Of a DNA stretch of 64,000 nt, positions 1 through 9,719 are shown piece after piece. The DNA is taken from NCBI GenBank assembly GCA_016297845.1, contig JAEDFV010000003.1, forward strand, positions 4,062 through 68,061, given 5' to 3'. The stretch comes from Clostridia bacterium (GTDB lineage Bacteria; Bacillota; Clostridia; Christensenellales; UBA1242). Within the stretch, counting starts at the first letter, position 1; each line of letters begins with the position of its first letter. The translations under genes and the position numbers were made by a program. The notes under the pieces were generated by a model. It saw only the letters and a list, made by a program, of their open reading frames with translations. It had not been told where the DNA came from and made no database searches.

Positions 1-625
1 TTTCGGCACGTTTTTCAAACTTTTCTTCAACTTCCTTGATTTCATAGTTGTTGAACAGTTGCGATGATGTATCATTGTCATTATAAATTGTTTTAATTCT
101 TTCCATAAGAGCTTCGCTGTCTGGGAGTTCCAAAATGTCTTTAAGTCCAAAACGTTTCAAAAATTCATCTGTCGTCCCGAATAACAACGGTTTTCCAACA
201 GCGTCTTTTCTTCCAACAACTTCAATCAAATTATGGTCCAAAAGTGTTTGGACTGTGTAGTCACTGTTAACTCCACGAACCTCTTCAATTTCAAGTCTTG
301 TTATCGGCTGTTTATATGCAATTATTGCCAAAGTTTCAAGAGTCGCTTTTGTTAGCGCACGTTCACGAATAGGATTAAGCACGGTTGAAATATAATCTGC
401 GTACTCTGGATTTGAACTTAGTTGTATCTTTTTGTTATATCTAATCAGATGAACTCCACTTTTCCCTGACAAACGGTTTTCAAGATTATCAACTGCCTTT
501 TTAACTTTTTTGCAGTCAATTTCAAGTTTGTCAGCAATAAAATCAATATCTACCCCATCTCCAGAAACAAACAAAATTCCATATATAATATCTTCTAAAT
601 CATTTTCAATAAATAAATCACTCAT
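1..625 (-). CDS. scpB: Segregation and condensation protein B (ScpB); C-terminal end runs off the window
   Basis: Absent from the ORF track because it is open at the window edge. Reverse translation from ATG 625-623 gives MSDLFIENDLEDIIYGILFVSGDGVDIDF...AIIAYKQPITRLEIEEVRGVNSDYTVQTL, the ScpB winged-helix pattern. It lies 8 nt downstream of scpA. Confidence 0.85.
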   Translation of the reverse strand, partial: MSDLFIENDLEDIIYGILFVSGDGVDIDFIADKLEIDCKKVKKAVDNLENRLSGKSGVHLIRYNKKIQLSSNPEYADYISTVLNPIRERALTKATLETLAIIAYKQPITRLEIEEVRGVNSDYTVQTLLDHNLIEVVGRKDAVGKPLLFGTTDEFLKRFGLKDILELPDSEALMERIKTIYNDNDTSSQLFNNYEIKEVEEKFEKRAE

Positions 626-632
626 ATTTCAC

Positions 633-1406
633 CTACTCATTGTCGCTTTTGCCGACATCATATTTTCTTATTTCAATATCCTCGAAAAGTTCATTTTGTG
701 AAATTGAAATTGTTTGAAGTTTTAAAAGTTCCAAAATCGCAAGAAACACATTAATTATTTCGCTTCGAGTTATATCTTTTTCCAAAAGTTCACTGAACTT
801 AACTTTTTCTTTCACCATGACTGCATCTTTTATCGCTGCAATCTTTTCAGCAATTGTAAATCTGTCACGAACTATGTTTTTTGGTTCAACTGCTTTTGTC
901 TCAAATTGTGTTTTATGCATAAAATGTGTAAATGCATCAAGCAAGTTTTCAAGCACCATATCTTTTAGCACAATTTTATATTTATTTGCACTTGGCTCGG
1001 GCTCTTTGTAAATTCTGTCCACATTCTCAAGAACTTTAAGTTTTTCACTCGCCTCCTTAAAGAGTTTGTATTCTTCAATTTGACGAAGCAATTTTTGTTC
1101 AGGATCTTCTTCATCTTCAGGAAGAGCCTCATCAAGTCTAGGCAAAAGTTTTTTACTCTTAATCTCCAATAATGTCGCCGCCATTTCGATGAATTCACTT
1201 GCTTTTTCCATGTCAAGCGAATCTAAATCATCTAAATATTCAAGATATTGTTCAGTTATCTCTGACAATTTAACATCAGCGATATCCATTTTTGCTTCTT
1301 TTATAAGATGCAACAACAAATCCAGCGGACCTTCAAAATTTTCAAGTCTAACTCGATAATTTTCAAATTCTTCTATATTTGTTTGTAAAGCCACTTCTTC
1401 TTTCAT
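633..1406 (-). CDS. scpA: Segregation and condensation protein A (ScpA kleisin)
   Basis: 257 aa. The N-terminus FEGPLDLLLHLIKEAKMDIADVKLSEITEQYLEYL is the typical ScpA signature, and scpB follows it. Confidence 0.9.
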   Translation of the reverse strand: MKEEVALQTNIEEFENYRVRLENFEGPLDLLLHLIKEAKMDIADVKLSEITEQYLEYLDDLDSLDMEKASEFIEMAATLLEIKSKKLLPRLDEALPEDEEDPEQKLLRQIEEYKLFKEASEKLKVLENVDRIYKEPEPSANKYKIVLKDMVLENLLDAFTHFMHKTQFETKAVEPKNIVRDRFTIAEKIAAIKDAVMVKEKVKFSELLEKDITRSEIINVFLAILELLKLQTISISQNELFEDIEIRKYDVGKSDNE

Positions 1407-1415
1407 TGAATCCCC

Positions 1416-1445
1416 ATTATACTATTTAATTAAACTCACGGTCAA
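1416..1445 (-). promoter_or_regulatory. Candidate sigma-A promoter for scpAB (TTGACC-18-TATAAT)
   Basis: The minus strand reads TTGACC (1445-1440), an 18-nt spacer, then TATAAT (1421-1416), about 10 nt upstream of the scpA ATG. Confidence 0.5.
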
Positions 1446-1448
1446 TTA

Positions 1449-1482
1449 TATAATAAAAGGATTTATTTTGCAATAAATCCTT
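1449..1482 (-). terminator. Intrinsic terminator after the 60-aa gene
   Basis: An 11-bp stem AAGGATTTATT/AATAAATCCTT (1457-1467/1472-1482) with a 4-nt loop, followed on the minus strand by TTTTATTAT. Confidence 0.65.
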
Positions 1483-1497
1483 CAGAAATTATTATTT

Positions 1498-1680
1498 CTA
1501 TTTGTCAAAATTGATACTTTCGTGTTCTTTTCTCCATTTATCCAAAGCTTGCACTGCTTCAATCTTTGATTTGTGTTCAGCAGGAATAACAACTTGACCA
1601 TAGATGTTCTTTATTCCAAAGAGCAAATCGTTGCCTCTGTGTTCACAAAATGAAGAAAATGAATTTGTAAAATTTTTCAT
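1498..1680 (-). CDS. Small hypothetical protein (60 aa), possibly a single YegP/DUF1508-like repeat
   Basis: SD AAGGAG 8 nt upstream of the ATG, with its own promoter and terminator. The segment LLFGIKNIYGQVVIPAEHKSKIEAVQAL loosely resembles a DUF1508 repeat. The family call is weak. Confidence 0.6.
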   Translation of the reverse strand: MKNFTNSFSSFCEHRGNDLLFGIKNIYGQVVIPAEHKSKIEAVQALDKWRKEHESINFDK

Positions 1681-1702
1681 AATTTTTCTCCTTAATATTT
1701 TT

Positions 1703-1731
1703 ATGATATTCTAATACTTAATCTTTGTCAA
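1703..1731 (-). promoter_or_regulatory. Candidate promoter of the 60-aa gene (TTGACA-17-TATCAT)
   Basis: Minus strand TTGACA (1731-1726), 17-nt spacer, TATCAT (1708-1703). Confidence 0.5.
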
Positions 1732-1775
1732 TATGAAATTCAAAAATAATTTTAGATATTCGACAAAATTTTTTA

Positions 1776-2699
1776 TTATTTTCGTAAATTTTCCAAAATT
1801 TTGGAAAAATTTTCTGGCAGGTCAATTTCAAATTCCATTTCATTCTTTGTTGTTGGATGAACAAATTTTATTTTGTATGCACAAAGGAACTGTCCTTTGA
1901 GTCCAAATTTTTTTGCACCACCATATGTTTCATCACCAACAAGTGGGTGATTTAAATATTTTGAATGAACTCGAATTTGATGCGTTCGACCTGTTTTAAG
2001 TGAAAATTCAATCAAGGAATAATTTTTAAAATATTCAACTGTGCGATAATTTGTTATTGCAAGTTTTAAATTTTTTCCTGAATCCGAAAGAGGAAAAGCT
2101 TTCATTTTTTTTCTGTCTTTATTGTCTCTGCCAATTAATGTTTCAACCGTGCCCTCTTGCTCTTTTAATGTTCCTTCAATAAGACCTAAATATTTTCTTG
2201 AGCATGTCTTTTTTTCAATTTGTTTTGACAGTTCAACATGCGCCTTATCATTTTTTGCAATTAACAAAAGTCCACATGTATCTTTATCTATTCTGTGAAC
2301 AATTCCAGGACGCAATTCTCCGTTTATTCCACTCAAATCGCTAATTTCATTGAGCAAACCATTTACAAGCGTTCCGTCTGGACAAGATGCACAAGGATGA
2401 ACAACCACACCTTGCGGTTTATTTATAACAGCCACATCTTCATCTTGATAGATTATTTCAAAATCAACTTTTTCAGGTTTTATTTGAACTTGTTTTGGAG
2501 GGTTAACGACGCAAAAAACTTGGTCGCCTGGTTTCAACAATTCGCCAGATTTAGTCAACTTCTTTCCATTTCTTAAAATATAGCTTTCTTCACTCTTGAT
2601 TGAATTTTGAATGTGAGAACGAGAAAAATCTGAAAGTTTTTCTTGAAGAAAAATATCTAGCCTTTTTCCAAAATCTTCTTCTGAAATTTCAAAGTTCAT
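1776..2699 (-). CDS. rluD: 23S rRNA pseudouridine synthase, RluD/RluA family with N-terminal S4 domain
   Basis: 307 aa with the HRIDKDTCGLLLIAK catalytic-Asp motif, GRTHQIRVH, and an S4-like N-terminus. It overlaps lspA by 4 nt, as in the Firmicutes lspA-rluD pair. Confidence 0.9.
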   Translation of the reverse strand: MNFEISEEDFGKRLDIFLQEKLSDFSRSHIQNSIKSEESYILRNGKKLTKSGELLKPGDQVFCVVNPPKQVQIKPEKVDFEIIYQDEDVAVINKPQGVVVHPCASCPDGTLVNGLLNEISDLSGINGELRPGIVHRIDKDTCGLLLIAKNDKAHVELSKQIEKKTCSRKYLGLIEGTLKEQEGTVETLIGRDNKDRKKMKAFPLSDSGKNLKLAITNYRTVEYFKNYSLIEFSLKTGRTHQIRVHSKYLNHPLVGDETYGGAKKFGLKGQFLCAYKIKFVHPTTKNEMEFEIDLPENFSKILENLRK

Positions 2700-3193
2700 T
2701 TGCTCTCCTTTTTGTCTTTTTTAATTGCGACAATCAAATCAATCAGGTAGTATACACAAAGAAGAATTATTCCAATTGTCAAAAAACTATCCGCTATATT
2801 GAAAATAGGAAATTTAACAAATTCTAATTTTATGAAATCTCTGACATATCCAAAAACTATTCTATCAAACAGATTTCCACACGCCCCTCCAACTATCATT
2901 CCAAGTGAAATATGGAAAAACAAACTTTTTGTTTTTGCAAATATTGCATATATTGAAAGAAGTATTATTGCAAAAACTGAAACTATTGAAAGAGCAACTG
3001 TGCTTCCTGAAAATATACTCCATGCGGCACCTGTGTTTTCCGCGTATTCAAATTTAAAAAAACCAGAAATAACAGGTTTATCTATTCCAATTATATAATG
3101 CTTTGTCACTAAATCTATAATGATAGCAAGTAAAAGAACTATTACAAAAACCAAGAGAGATATGGTTTTTTTATTATCAAATTTTTTCTTCAT
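2696..3193 (-). CDS. lspA: Lipoprotein signal peptidase II
   Basis: 165 aa, four TM segments, with the GGACGNLFDR and FNIADSF motifs typical of LspA. Confidence 0.9.
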   Translation of the reverse strand: MKKKFDNKKTISLLVFVIVLLLAIIIDLVTKHYIIGIDKPVISGFFKFEYAENTGAAWSIFSGSTVALSIVSVFAIILLSIYAIFAKTKSLFFHISLGMIVGGACGNLFDRIVFGYVRDFIKLEFVKFPIFNIADSFLTIGIILLCVYYLIDLIVAIKKDKKESK

Positions 3194-3546
3194 TAATGCC
3201 TCATTCCATATAAATCATTGTCAACTTTTTTAATTTGCCCTTTTAATGCACAAGTTGCACCAGAAAGAAAGTCAACGATGTGTTCTCTGTCTTCGTCACT
3301 AAATTTTGAAACGTCAACATTTACATTTTCGCCAGAAGAATAAAAACCAACAATTTCTTCTATATCTTCTTGAGAACTTGGATAATATGTTTTAGGGTCA
3401 GTCTTTTTCTCGCGTAAATCAAATTTTGCTGTTGTAAGTTGTTGTTTCTTTTCTTTCTTTTTTGGAATTTCCTTTTCTTCAACAACATCTTCTTCGGTGT
3501 CTTCTTCAAAACCAATTGCTTTTAAAAATTTATCAAAAAATCCCAT
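3193..3546 (-). CDS. sepF: Cell division protein SepF-like (DUF552)
   Basis: N-terminal MGFFDKFLKAIGF amphipathic helix, an acidic/basic linker, and a C-terminal SepF-like domain (IVGFYSSGENVNVDVSKFSDEDREHIVDFLSGATCALKGQI). I prefer the start at M16 of the ORF-track entry (GGAG 7 nt upstream). Confidence 0.7.
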   Translation of the reverse strand: MGFFDKFLKAIGFEEDTEEDVVEEKEIPKKKEKKQQLTTAKFDLREKKTDPKTYYPSSQEDIEEIVGFYSSGENVNVDVSKFSDEDREHIVDFLSGATCALKGQIKKVDNDLYGMRH

Positions 3547-3624
3547 TTTCATCTCCAAAAATATAATACTTGACTTTTTCAAAATTGTCAAATTATATAT
3601 ACATCAAATTTTTATGTAAAACTG

Positions 3625-3653
3625 TTGACAAAGTTTTTTGTTTGTGTTATATT
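3625..3653 (+). promoter_or_regulatory. Promoter of the rplJL operon (TTGACA-17-TATATT)
   Basis: TTGACA 3625-3630, 17-nt spacer, TATATT 3648-3653. Confidence 0.6.
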
Positions 3654-3823
3654 CGTGTTTGCAATTAAATAATCCTTGTCCGAAGACAGCAAGTGGCAAC
3701 AAGCCATAAACAATGAGTACTTGCCGAGGCATGCTATAGAGAATTTTTTACCTCTTATGCTTGTTCGGGCATTTGAGGTTTTATTTTGTTGTCACACAAA
3801 ATTTAATTAAAAGGAGAAATATA
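3654..3823 (+). promoter_or_regulatory. Long 5' UTR of rplJ, candidate ribosomal protein L10 leader (autoregulatory RNA)
   Basis: About 170 nt of untranslated, comparatively GC-rich sequence (ccttgtccgaagacagcaagtggcaacaagcc...cttgccgaggcatgc) lies between the promoter and the rplJ SD, in the position of the Firmicutes L10 leader. No covariance model was run. Confidence 0.5.
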
Positions 3824-4312
3824 GTGAGTGCTAATTTAGAAGCTAAAAAAGAAGTTGTTAGCGAAATCAAAGACAAACTTTCTAAATCAAAACTTGTTGT
3901 TTTTGTTGACTATCGCGGACTCACCGTTGCAGAAGACACAGAAATGAGAAGTGCTTTTAGAAAAAACAATAATGACTACAAAGTTTACAAAAACAGACTC
4001 GTTCTCCGCGCTCTCAATGAACTTGGAATTTCAGGTTTGGAAGACAAATTGCAAGGAACAAGTGCAGTTGCTTTCGGATATGAAGATGAAATTTCCGTTG
4101 CAAAAACTGTTGCAGATTTCAAATCAAAAACAAACAAACTTGAAATTAAGTGCGGAATACTTAATGGTCAATTAATTTCTTCCGATGAAGTTAACACTCT
4201 TGCTAAAATTCCATCGAGAGAAGAACTTATTGCAAAACTTTTATTCATTTTCCAAAATCCTATGCGCAGTTTGGCTGTTGCAATTAATGAAATTGCAAAG
4301 AAACAAGCATAA
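3824..4312 (+). CDS. rplJ: 50S ribosomal protein L10
   Basis: GTG start 7 nt after AAAGGAG. The product [42 protein letters not shown] is typical L10. The ORF-track start at 3761 lies in the leader and has no SD. Confidence 0.9.
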   Translation: MSANLEAKKEVVSEIKDKLSKSKLVVFVDYRGLTVAEDTEMRSAFRKNNNDYKVYKNRLVLRALNELGISGLEDKLQGTSAVAFGYEDEISVAKTVADFKSKTNKLEIKCGILNGQLISSDEVNTLAKIPSREELIAKLLFIFQNPMRSLAVAINEIAKKQA

Positions 4313-4347
4313 TTGGAAAAAATATAAAATTTAAGGAGAAAAATAAA

Positions 4348-4719
4348 ATGGCAGATTTAAACAAATTTATTGAAGATATTAAATCATTAACAGTTGTTGA
4401 ATTGAACGACTTAGTTAAAAAATTAGAAGAAGAATTCGGCGTTAGCGCAGCTGCAACAGTTGCAGTTGCGGGCGCTCCAGTAGCAGGCGCTGCTGCAGCA
4501 GAAGAAAAAACTGAATTCACAGTTGCTTTGAAAGAAGCTGGTGCAAACAAAATTGCAGTTATCAAAGTTGTTAGAGAAATTACAGGTCTTGGCCTTTCAG
4601 AAGCAAAAGCATTGGTTGACAACGCTCCATCAGTTCTTAAAGAAAATGTTCCAACAGCAGAAGCAAAAGACATGGAAGCAAAACTTAAAGAAGCTGGCGC
4701 AACAGTTGAATTGAAATAA
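4348..4719 (+). CDS. rplL: 50S ribosomal protein L7/L12
   Basis: 123 aa with an Ala-rich hinge and [24 protein letters not shown]...[10 protein letters not shown]. Confidence 0.95.
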   Translation: MADLNKFIEDIKSLTVVELNDLVKKLEEEFGVSAAATVAVAGAPVAGAAAAEEKTEFTVALKEAGANKIAVIKVVREITGLGLSEAKALVDNAPSVLKENVPTAEAKDMEAKLKEAGATVELK

Positions 4720-4748
4720 TTTAAAATTATAAATTTTGTGTGTATAAA

Positions 4749-4778
4749 AAAGAAGCAAACTACTTGCTTCTTTTTTTA
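4749..4778 (+). terminator. Intrinsic terminator after rplL
   Basis: Stem AGAAGCAA/TTGCTTCT (4751-4758/4764-4771), 5-nt loop, then a T7 run. Confidence 0.75.
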
Positions 4779-4787
4779 TTTTATAAA

Positions 4788-4816
4788 TAAAAAAGACATG
4801 TTTCCATGTCATTTTT
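4788..4816 (-). terminator. Intrinsic terminator after clpX
   Basis: GACATG/CATGTC hairpin (4795-4810) flanked by A and T runs, immediately 3' of the clpX stop. Confidence 0.55.
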
Positions 4817-4826
4817 AATATTTGAA

Positions 4827-6089
4827 TTAAACGGCTTCGGAATTTACTTTGTAAACTACCTCGGGTTTTTCAACCCCCTGAATTACTTTTTCGTTTATTA
4901 TAACTTTTTCAATCTTTTGACTTGGGGCATCAAACATAACATCTTTCATGCTCTCTTCAACTATAGCCCTGAGCCCTCTTGCACCAGTTTTAAGTTCTTT
5001 TGCTTTTTTTGCAACTGCTCTAACAGCATCTTCAGTGAACTGAAGTTCAATTCCGTCCATATTAAACAGTTTTGTATATTGTTTAACAAGCGCATTTTTT
5101 GGTTCTGTTAAAATTTTTACAAAAGCATTTTCATCAAGTTCATCTAATGAAACATAAACTGGAAGTCTTCCAACAAGTTCTGGGATTAATCCAAATTTTA
5201 CTAAATCTGCTGGTTGAACTTGTTTCAAAATGTTTATTTTCTCGCGCTCAACTTTGGTTTTTATGTCAGCATTAAACCCCAAACTTGAACTATTCATTCT
5301 TCCTTCAACAATCTTGTCTAATCCAACAAACGCCCCACCGCAAATAAACAAAATGTTTGTTGTGTCAATTTGAATCATCTCTTGCTGAGGATGCTTCCTT
5401 CCGCCTTGTGGAGGAACGGACGCAATGGTGCTCTCAACAATTTTCAAAAGCGCCTGCTGGACACCTTCACCCGAAACATCACGCGTTATTGAAACATTTT
5501 GGCTTTTCTTTGCAAGTTTATCAATTTCATCAACATAAATAATTCCACGTTCTGCTTGAGCAATATCATAATTTGCATTCTGAATTAATTTTAAAAGGAT
5601 ATTCTCAACATCATCTCCGACATAACCCGCTTCAGTTAAAGTTGTTGCGTCGCAAGATGCAAATGGAACATTTAAAATTCTTGCAAGTGTTTTTGCCAAA
5701 AGAGTTTTTCCTGAACCTGTTGGACCAACCATCAAAATGTTACTTTTTTCAAGTTCAATTTCATCTTTATCTGCTGTGTTTCGCCCCGCATGAACAAGAT
5801 TATAATTTATTCGTTTATAATGATTATAAACCGCGACCGACAAAGCACGTTTCGCTTCATCTTGGCCAACAATATATTCATCTAGTTTTTCTTTTATTTC
5901 TTTTGGAGTTAATAATTTTAATTCTTTATCTTGTAACTTTGGTTTCCCGTGCAAAAGGTCTCTGCAAAGAGAAATGCATTCTTCGCAGATAAAACTGTCC
6001 CCTTCAGGATTTCCAATAAGTTGCCTATTTGGGCCTTCAGGTTTGTCACAAAATGAACATTTATAAATATCTTTTTCCATATACTCCAT
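4827..6089 (-). CDS. clpX: ATP-dependent Clp protease ATP-binding subunit ClpX
   Basis: 420 aa with an N-terminal zinc ribbon (CSFCDK...CEEC), Walker A GPTGSGKT and the IYVDEIDK box. Confidence 0.95.
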   Translation of the reverse strand: MEYMEKDIYKCSFCDKPEGPNRQLIGNPEGDSFICEECISLCRDLLHGKPKLQDKELKLLTPKEIKEKLDEYIVGQDEAKRALSVAVYNHYKRINYNLVHAGRNTADKDEIELEKSNILMVGPTGSGKTLLAKTLARILNVPFASCDATTLTEAGYVGDDVENILLKLIQNANYDIAQAERGIIYVDEIDKLAKKSQNVSITRDVSGEGVQQALLKIVESTIASVPPQGGRKHPQQEMIQIDTTNILFICGGAFVGLDKIVEGRMNSSSLGFNADIKTKVEREKINILKQVQPADLVKFGLIPELVGRLPVYVSLDELDENAFVKILTEPKNALVKQYTKLFNMDGIELQFTEDAVRAVAKKAKELKTGARGLRAIVEESMKDVMFDAPSQKIEKVIINEKVIQGVEKPEVVYKVNSEAV

Positions 6090-6125
6090 ATTATTACGTT
6101 AATAAATAAATTTTAACCAAGAACA

Positions 6126-6716
6126 TTAATTTTTCTTTTGTCTTTTTTCAATAACTTTGTCGATTAATCCATATTGGAACGCTTCTTCTGCGCTCATATA
6201 ATAATCTCTGTCTGTATCTCTTTCAACTTGGTCAAGTGGTTTTCCAGTTTGTTGTGAAATAATACTATTTATTTTTGCTTTGATTTTTTGTATTTGTTTT
6301 GCCTGAATTTGGATATCACTTGCTTGTCCTTGAGCCCCACCAAGTGGTTGATGAATCATAATTTCTGCATTAGGTAGAGCAAAGCGTTTCCCCTTCGCTC
6401 CGCTGGAAAGCAAAAATGCCCCCATTGAAGCAGCAAGTCCGATACAAATTGTTGACACATCGCATTTAATGTAATTCATTGTGTCATATATTGCCATTCC
6501 TGCTGAAACGCTTCCACCTGGACTATTTATATATAAACAAATGTCTTTATCAGGATTTTTGCCTTCAAGATAAATAAGTTGGGCAACTACGTTATTCGCA
6601 ACTGCATCATTTATTTCACCTGTCAAAAATATAATCCTGTCTTCAAGCAAACGAGAATATATATCATAAGACCTTTCACCATTCGCTGTTTGGTCAACAA
6701 CCATTGGAACTAACAT
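6126..6716 (-). CDS. clpP: ATP-dependent Clp protease proteolytic subunit ClpP
   Basis: 196 aa with [25 protein letters not shown] (active-site Ser) and MIHQPLGG. Confidence 0.95.
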   Translation of the reverse strand: MLVPMVVDQTANGERSYDIYSRLLEDRIIFLTGEINDAVANNVVAQLIYLEGKNPDKDICLYINSPGGSVSAGMAIYDTMNYIKCDVSTICIGLAASMGAFLLSSGAKGKRFALPNAEIMIHQPLGGAQGQASDIQIQAKQIQKIKAKINSIISQQTGKPLDQVERDTDRDYYMSAEEAFQYGLIDKVIEKRQKKN

Positions 6717-6747
6717 TTTTCACCTCAATATTATTTTTACTTATTAA

Positions 6748-8031
6748 TTAAATTATATTGTTGTTTGTTTTTAAGAAATCTAGGAGTTTTTTCATTAAAA
6801 TGTCGTTTTGGAAATAGGCAATGGTTCTGTTATCCAAAGATTTCTTGTAATCTTCAACGCTCTTTTTGTATTTTTCTGCTGTTTCTTTCAAAACTTCATC
6901 AAGTTCGTTTTCAGTAACAATCATGTTTTCTTTTTTTACAAGTTCTTCAAGAACAAGTCTTGTTTTAACAGTTTCTTTTGCTTGGTCTTCACGTTCTTTT
7001 CTAACTTCGTCAACTGTTTTGCCCAAATATGTCAAATATTCGTCCAATTTGATTCCTTGATAAGAAAGTCTCATTTCCAAATCTCTCATAAACATGTCAA
7101 GTTGTTTGTCAATCAAAATTTTTGGAATTTCAACTTCACTGGTTTTGACAATTTCCTCAATCAAATCATTTTCAACTTTGCGTTCTTTTTCATTTTCAAG
7201 TTTTTCTTTCAAACGTTTTTCAATGTCTGCTTTATAATCTTCCAAAGTTTCAAACTCACTCACATTAGATGCAAATTCATCATTTATTTCTGGAATTTCT
7301 TTTCTTTCAACTTTTTGAACAGTAACTTTGAAAATTGCAGGCTTTCCCGCAAGAGATTTTTCATGGTAGTTTTCTGGGAACGTTACATTAACATCTTTTT
7401 CATCGCCAACTTTCATTCCAACAACTTGGTCTTCAAAATTATCTATAAAACTATGTGAGCCAAGTTCGAGACGATATCCTTGAGCTGTTCCGCCATCAAA
7501 AATTTTGCCATCAACGCTTCCAACAAAATCTATAGTTGCATAATCACCAAGTTTTGCTTCTCCATCTGTTTCAACAAATCTTGCTTGACGTTCAGCAATT
7601 TTTTTAAGTTCTTCTTCTACGTCGGATTTTTTAACTTTGTCTTTGCTCTTTTCAACAGTAATTCCCTTATATGCACCAAGTTTTACTTCAGGCATCAAAG
7701 GTGTTGTTGCAACAAGGACAATTCCTTCTTTTTCAAATTTTTCAATTTTTACATCTGGTTGAGCAATAGGTTCAATATCTAGATTTTTATCCAAGAAATC
7801 GTTGTATTCTTCTGAAAATGCAATTTCAAGTGCATAGTCCAAGAACACTCCCTCTCCATATTGTTTTTCAATAACTTTTCTTGGAGCTTTTCCTTTTCTA
7901 AAACCTTGCACAGTGTATTTGTTTTTTGTTTCTTCGTATGATTTTTGGATACTTTCTTCCCATTTTTCTTGGGAGATTTTAATTTCAACTTCAAGTTGAT
8001 TATTTTCTTTTTTTCTTATTGTGTAACTCAT
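6748..8031 (-). CDS. tig: Trigger factor
   Basis: 427 aa with the GFRKGKAP ribosome-binding motif and an FKBP-type middle domain. It sits upstream of clpP-clpX. Confidence 0.95.
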   Translation of the reverse strand: MSYTIRKKENNQLEVEIKISQEKWEESIQKSYEETKNKYTVQGFRKGKAPRKVIEKQYGEGVFLDYALEIAFSEEYNDFLDKNLDIEPIAQPDVKIEKFEKEGIVLVATTPLMPEVKLGAYKGITVEKSKDKVKKSDVEEELKKIAERQARFVETDGEAKLGDYATIDFVGSVDGKIFDGGTAQGYRLELGSHSFIDNFEDQVVGMKVGDEKDVNVTFPENYHEKSLAGKPAIFKVTVQKVERKEIPEINDEFASNVSEFETLEDYKADIEKRLKEKLENEKERKVENDLIEEIVKTSEVEIPKILIDKQLDMFMRDLEMRLSYQGIKLDEYLTYLGKTVDEVRKEREDQAKETVKTRLVLEELVKKENMIVTENELDEVLKETAEKYKKSVEDYKKSLDNRTIAYFQNDILMKKLLDFLKTNNNII

Positions 8032-8100
8032 TCTGTTCTCCTTATATTTTAAGTACTGCGGTATTATAACATAATTGTTTACTAAATCAAATTATTTTTC

Positions 8101-8133
8101 TAAAAAAACAAAACTTCGAAAGTGAAGTTTTGT
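8101..8133 (-). terminator. Intrinsic terminator after tsf
   Basis: A 10-bp stem ACAAAACTTC/GAAGTTTTGT (8108-8117/8124-8133), followed by a T run on the minus strand. Confidence 0.7.
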
Positions 8134-8147
8134 TTAAAAGTGTTAAT

Positions 8148-8792
8148 CTATTTACTCATTTTTGCAACTTCTTCTGCCAAGTTGTCAACACGTTTTTCAA
8201 GACCTTCGCCCATTTCATAACGAGTAAATCTTCTGATTGAAATTTTTTCACCAATAGCCAAAATTGCTTCATTCACAATTTGAGTAATTGTTTTACTGCT
8301 GTCTTTTACAAAATCTTGGTCCATAAGGCAAACATCTTTGTAATATTTCTTAATTCTACCTTCAACCATCTTTTCAACAACTGCTTCTGGTTTTCCTTCA
8401 TTCAAAGCTTGTGCTTTCAAAATTTCTTTTTCTGCTTCAAGCGCATCAGTTGGAACTTCATCTTCTCTGACATATAAAGGTTTTGCTGCAGCAATTTGCA
8501 TTGCAATGTCTTTCACTAAATTTTGGAAAGCATCACTTTTTGCAACAAAGTCTGTTTCACAGTTAACTTCAACCAAAACACCAATTTTTCCACCCATATG
8601 GATATATGAACCAACAACACCTTCAGCGGCAATTCTGTCTGCCTTTTTTGCTGCAGCAGCCATTCCTTTTTCGCGAAGATATTTGATTGCTTCGTCAAAA
8701 TTTCCATTTGTTTCAGTTAATGCTTTTTTGCAGTCCATCATTCCTGCACCTGTTGTTGCTCTAAGTTTTGAAACATCTTGCGCTGTAAACAT
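8148..8792 (-). CDS. tsf: Translation elongation factor Ts (short form, 214 aa)
   Basis: The N-terminus [34 protein letters not shown] is the UBA-like EF-Ts signature. It lies immediately downstream of rpsB. Confidence 0.95.
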   Translation of the reverse strand: MFTAQDVSKLRATTGAGMMDCKKALTETNGNFDEAIKYLREKGMAAAAKKADRIAAEGVVGSYIHMGGKIGVLVEVNCETDFVAKSDAFQNLVKDIAMQIAAAKPLYVREDEVPTDALEAEKEILKAQALNEGKPEAVVEKMVEGRIKKYYKDVCLMDQDFVKDSSKTITQIVNEAILAIGEKISIRRFTRYEMGEGLEKRVDNLAEEVAKMSK

Positions 8793-8795
8793 GAA

Positions 8796-9716
8796 TTATT
8801 CCTCCTCTGTTTTAACTGCTTTTTTTGAAGCTCTTTTTGGTTTTTCAACCTTTTCTTCTGTTTCTTCTTTCACTTCTTCAGTTTCAGAAACTTCTTTAAC
8901 CTTTTTTGCTCTAGGTTTTTTGTGTGTTTCTTCTTCAACAACTGGTTCAGCATCTTCAACTGTTGGCTTTACTTCTGAAAGAGCAGCTGCCATGTCAACA
9001 GGTTCATCATCTTGGTTTTCCTCTTTGAAAGAAACACCTTCTCTTGCTTCTATAACAGCATCTGCTATAGCAGAAGCAATTAATTTAACTGAACGAATTG
9101 CATCATCATTTCCTGGAATTACATAATCAATTCCTGATGGGTCACAGTTGGTGTCAACAAGTCCAACAAGTGGTATGTGCATTTTAATAGCTTCACGAAC
9201 ACAAATATGTTCTTTTGAAGGGTCAACAACGAAAATTACGCCTGGCATTTCTCTCATTTCTTTAACACCGCCAAGATTTAATTCCAATTTGTCTCTCTCT
9301 GCTTTTAAAATTGCAACTTCTTTTTTAGGCAACAAATCGAATTCCCCAACTTTTTCCATTTGGTTTAATTTATTGAGTCTATCGATTCTTGCTCTCATAG
9401 TTTTGAAGTTAGTCAAACAGCCACCAAGCCATCTTGAATTAACATAAAACATTCCGCATCTTTCTGCTTCTTCTTTTATCGCTTCAGAAGCTTGTTTCTT
9501 TGTTCCTACGAAAAGAACGTTTTTACCTGATGCAACAACATCTCTAACAAAAAGATATGCTTTGTCGATAAGGTCTGAAGTTTGCTCTAGATTAAGGATA
9601 TGAATATCATTTCGTGCGGTGAAAATGTATTTTTTCATTTTTGGATTCCATTTACGTGTTTGGTGACCAAAATGAACGCCCGCTTCTAGAAGTTGTTTCA
9701 TTGAAATAACTGACAT
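8796..9716 (-). CDS. rpsB: 30S ribosomal protein S2 with a Glu/Lys-rich C-terminal extension
   Basis: [32 protein letters not shown] is the canonical S2 N-terminus. The last 70 or so residues are an acidic/lysine-rich tail. Confidence 0.95.
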   Translation of the reverse strand: MSVISMKQLLEAGVHFGHQTRKWNPKMKKYIFTARNDIHILNLEQTSDLIDKAYLFVRDVVASGKNVLFVGTKKQASEAIKEEAERCGMFYVNSRWLGGCLTNFKTMRARIDRLNKLNQMEKVGEFDLLPKKEVAILKAERDKLELNLGGVKEMREMPGVIFVVDPSKEHICVREAIKMHIPLVGLVDTNCDPSGIDYVIPGNDDAIRSVKLIASAIADAVIEAREGVSFKEENQDDEPVDMAAALSEVKPTVEDAEPVVEEETHKKPRAKKVKEVSETEEVKEETEEKVEKPKRASKKAVKTEEE

Positions 9717-9719
9717 TTA

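Noticed and set aside
3761-3823. Extended rplJ start (ATG 3761)
   Set aside because: It has no SD, the extra residues are not L10-like, and the region is better explained as the 3' part of the L10 leader. The GTG at 3824 follows AAAGGAG.
6808-7458. 216-aa ORF antisense to tig. The same applies to the smaller antisense ORFs in the track, for example 4284-4673, 30696-31310, 31344-31862, 28604-29071, 33196-33672 and 44498-44953.
   Set aside because: All lie opposite well-supported genes, are Phe/Leu/Ser-rich, lack SDs and have no recognisable motifs. Long antisense frames are expected by chance in AT-rich DNA.
8506-9126. 206-aa ORF on the plus strand spanning the tsf/rpsB junction
   Set aside because: It is antisense to two highly conserved genes, and its product is Ser/Phe/Thr/Ala-rich low-complexity sequence with no SD. 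This is a typical shadow ORF of Glu/Lys-rich coding DNA.
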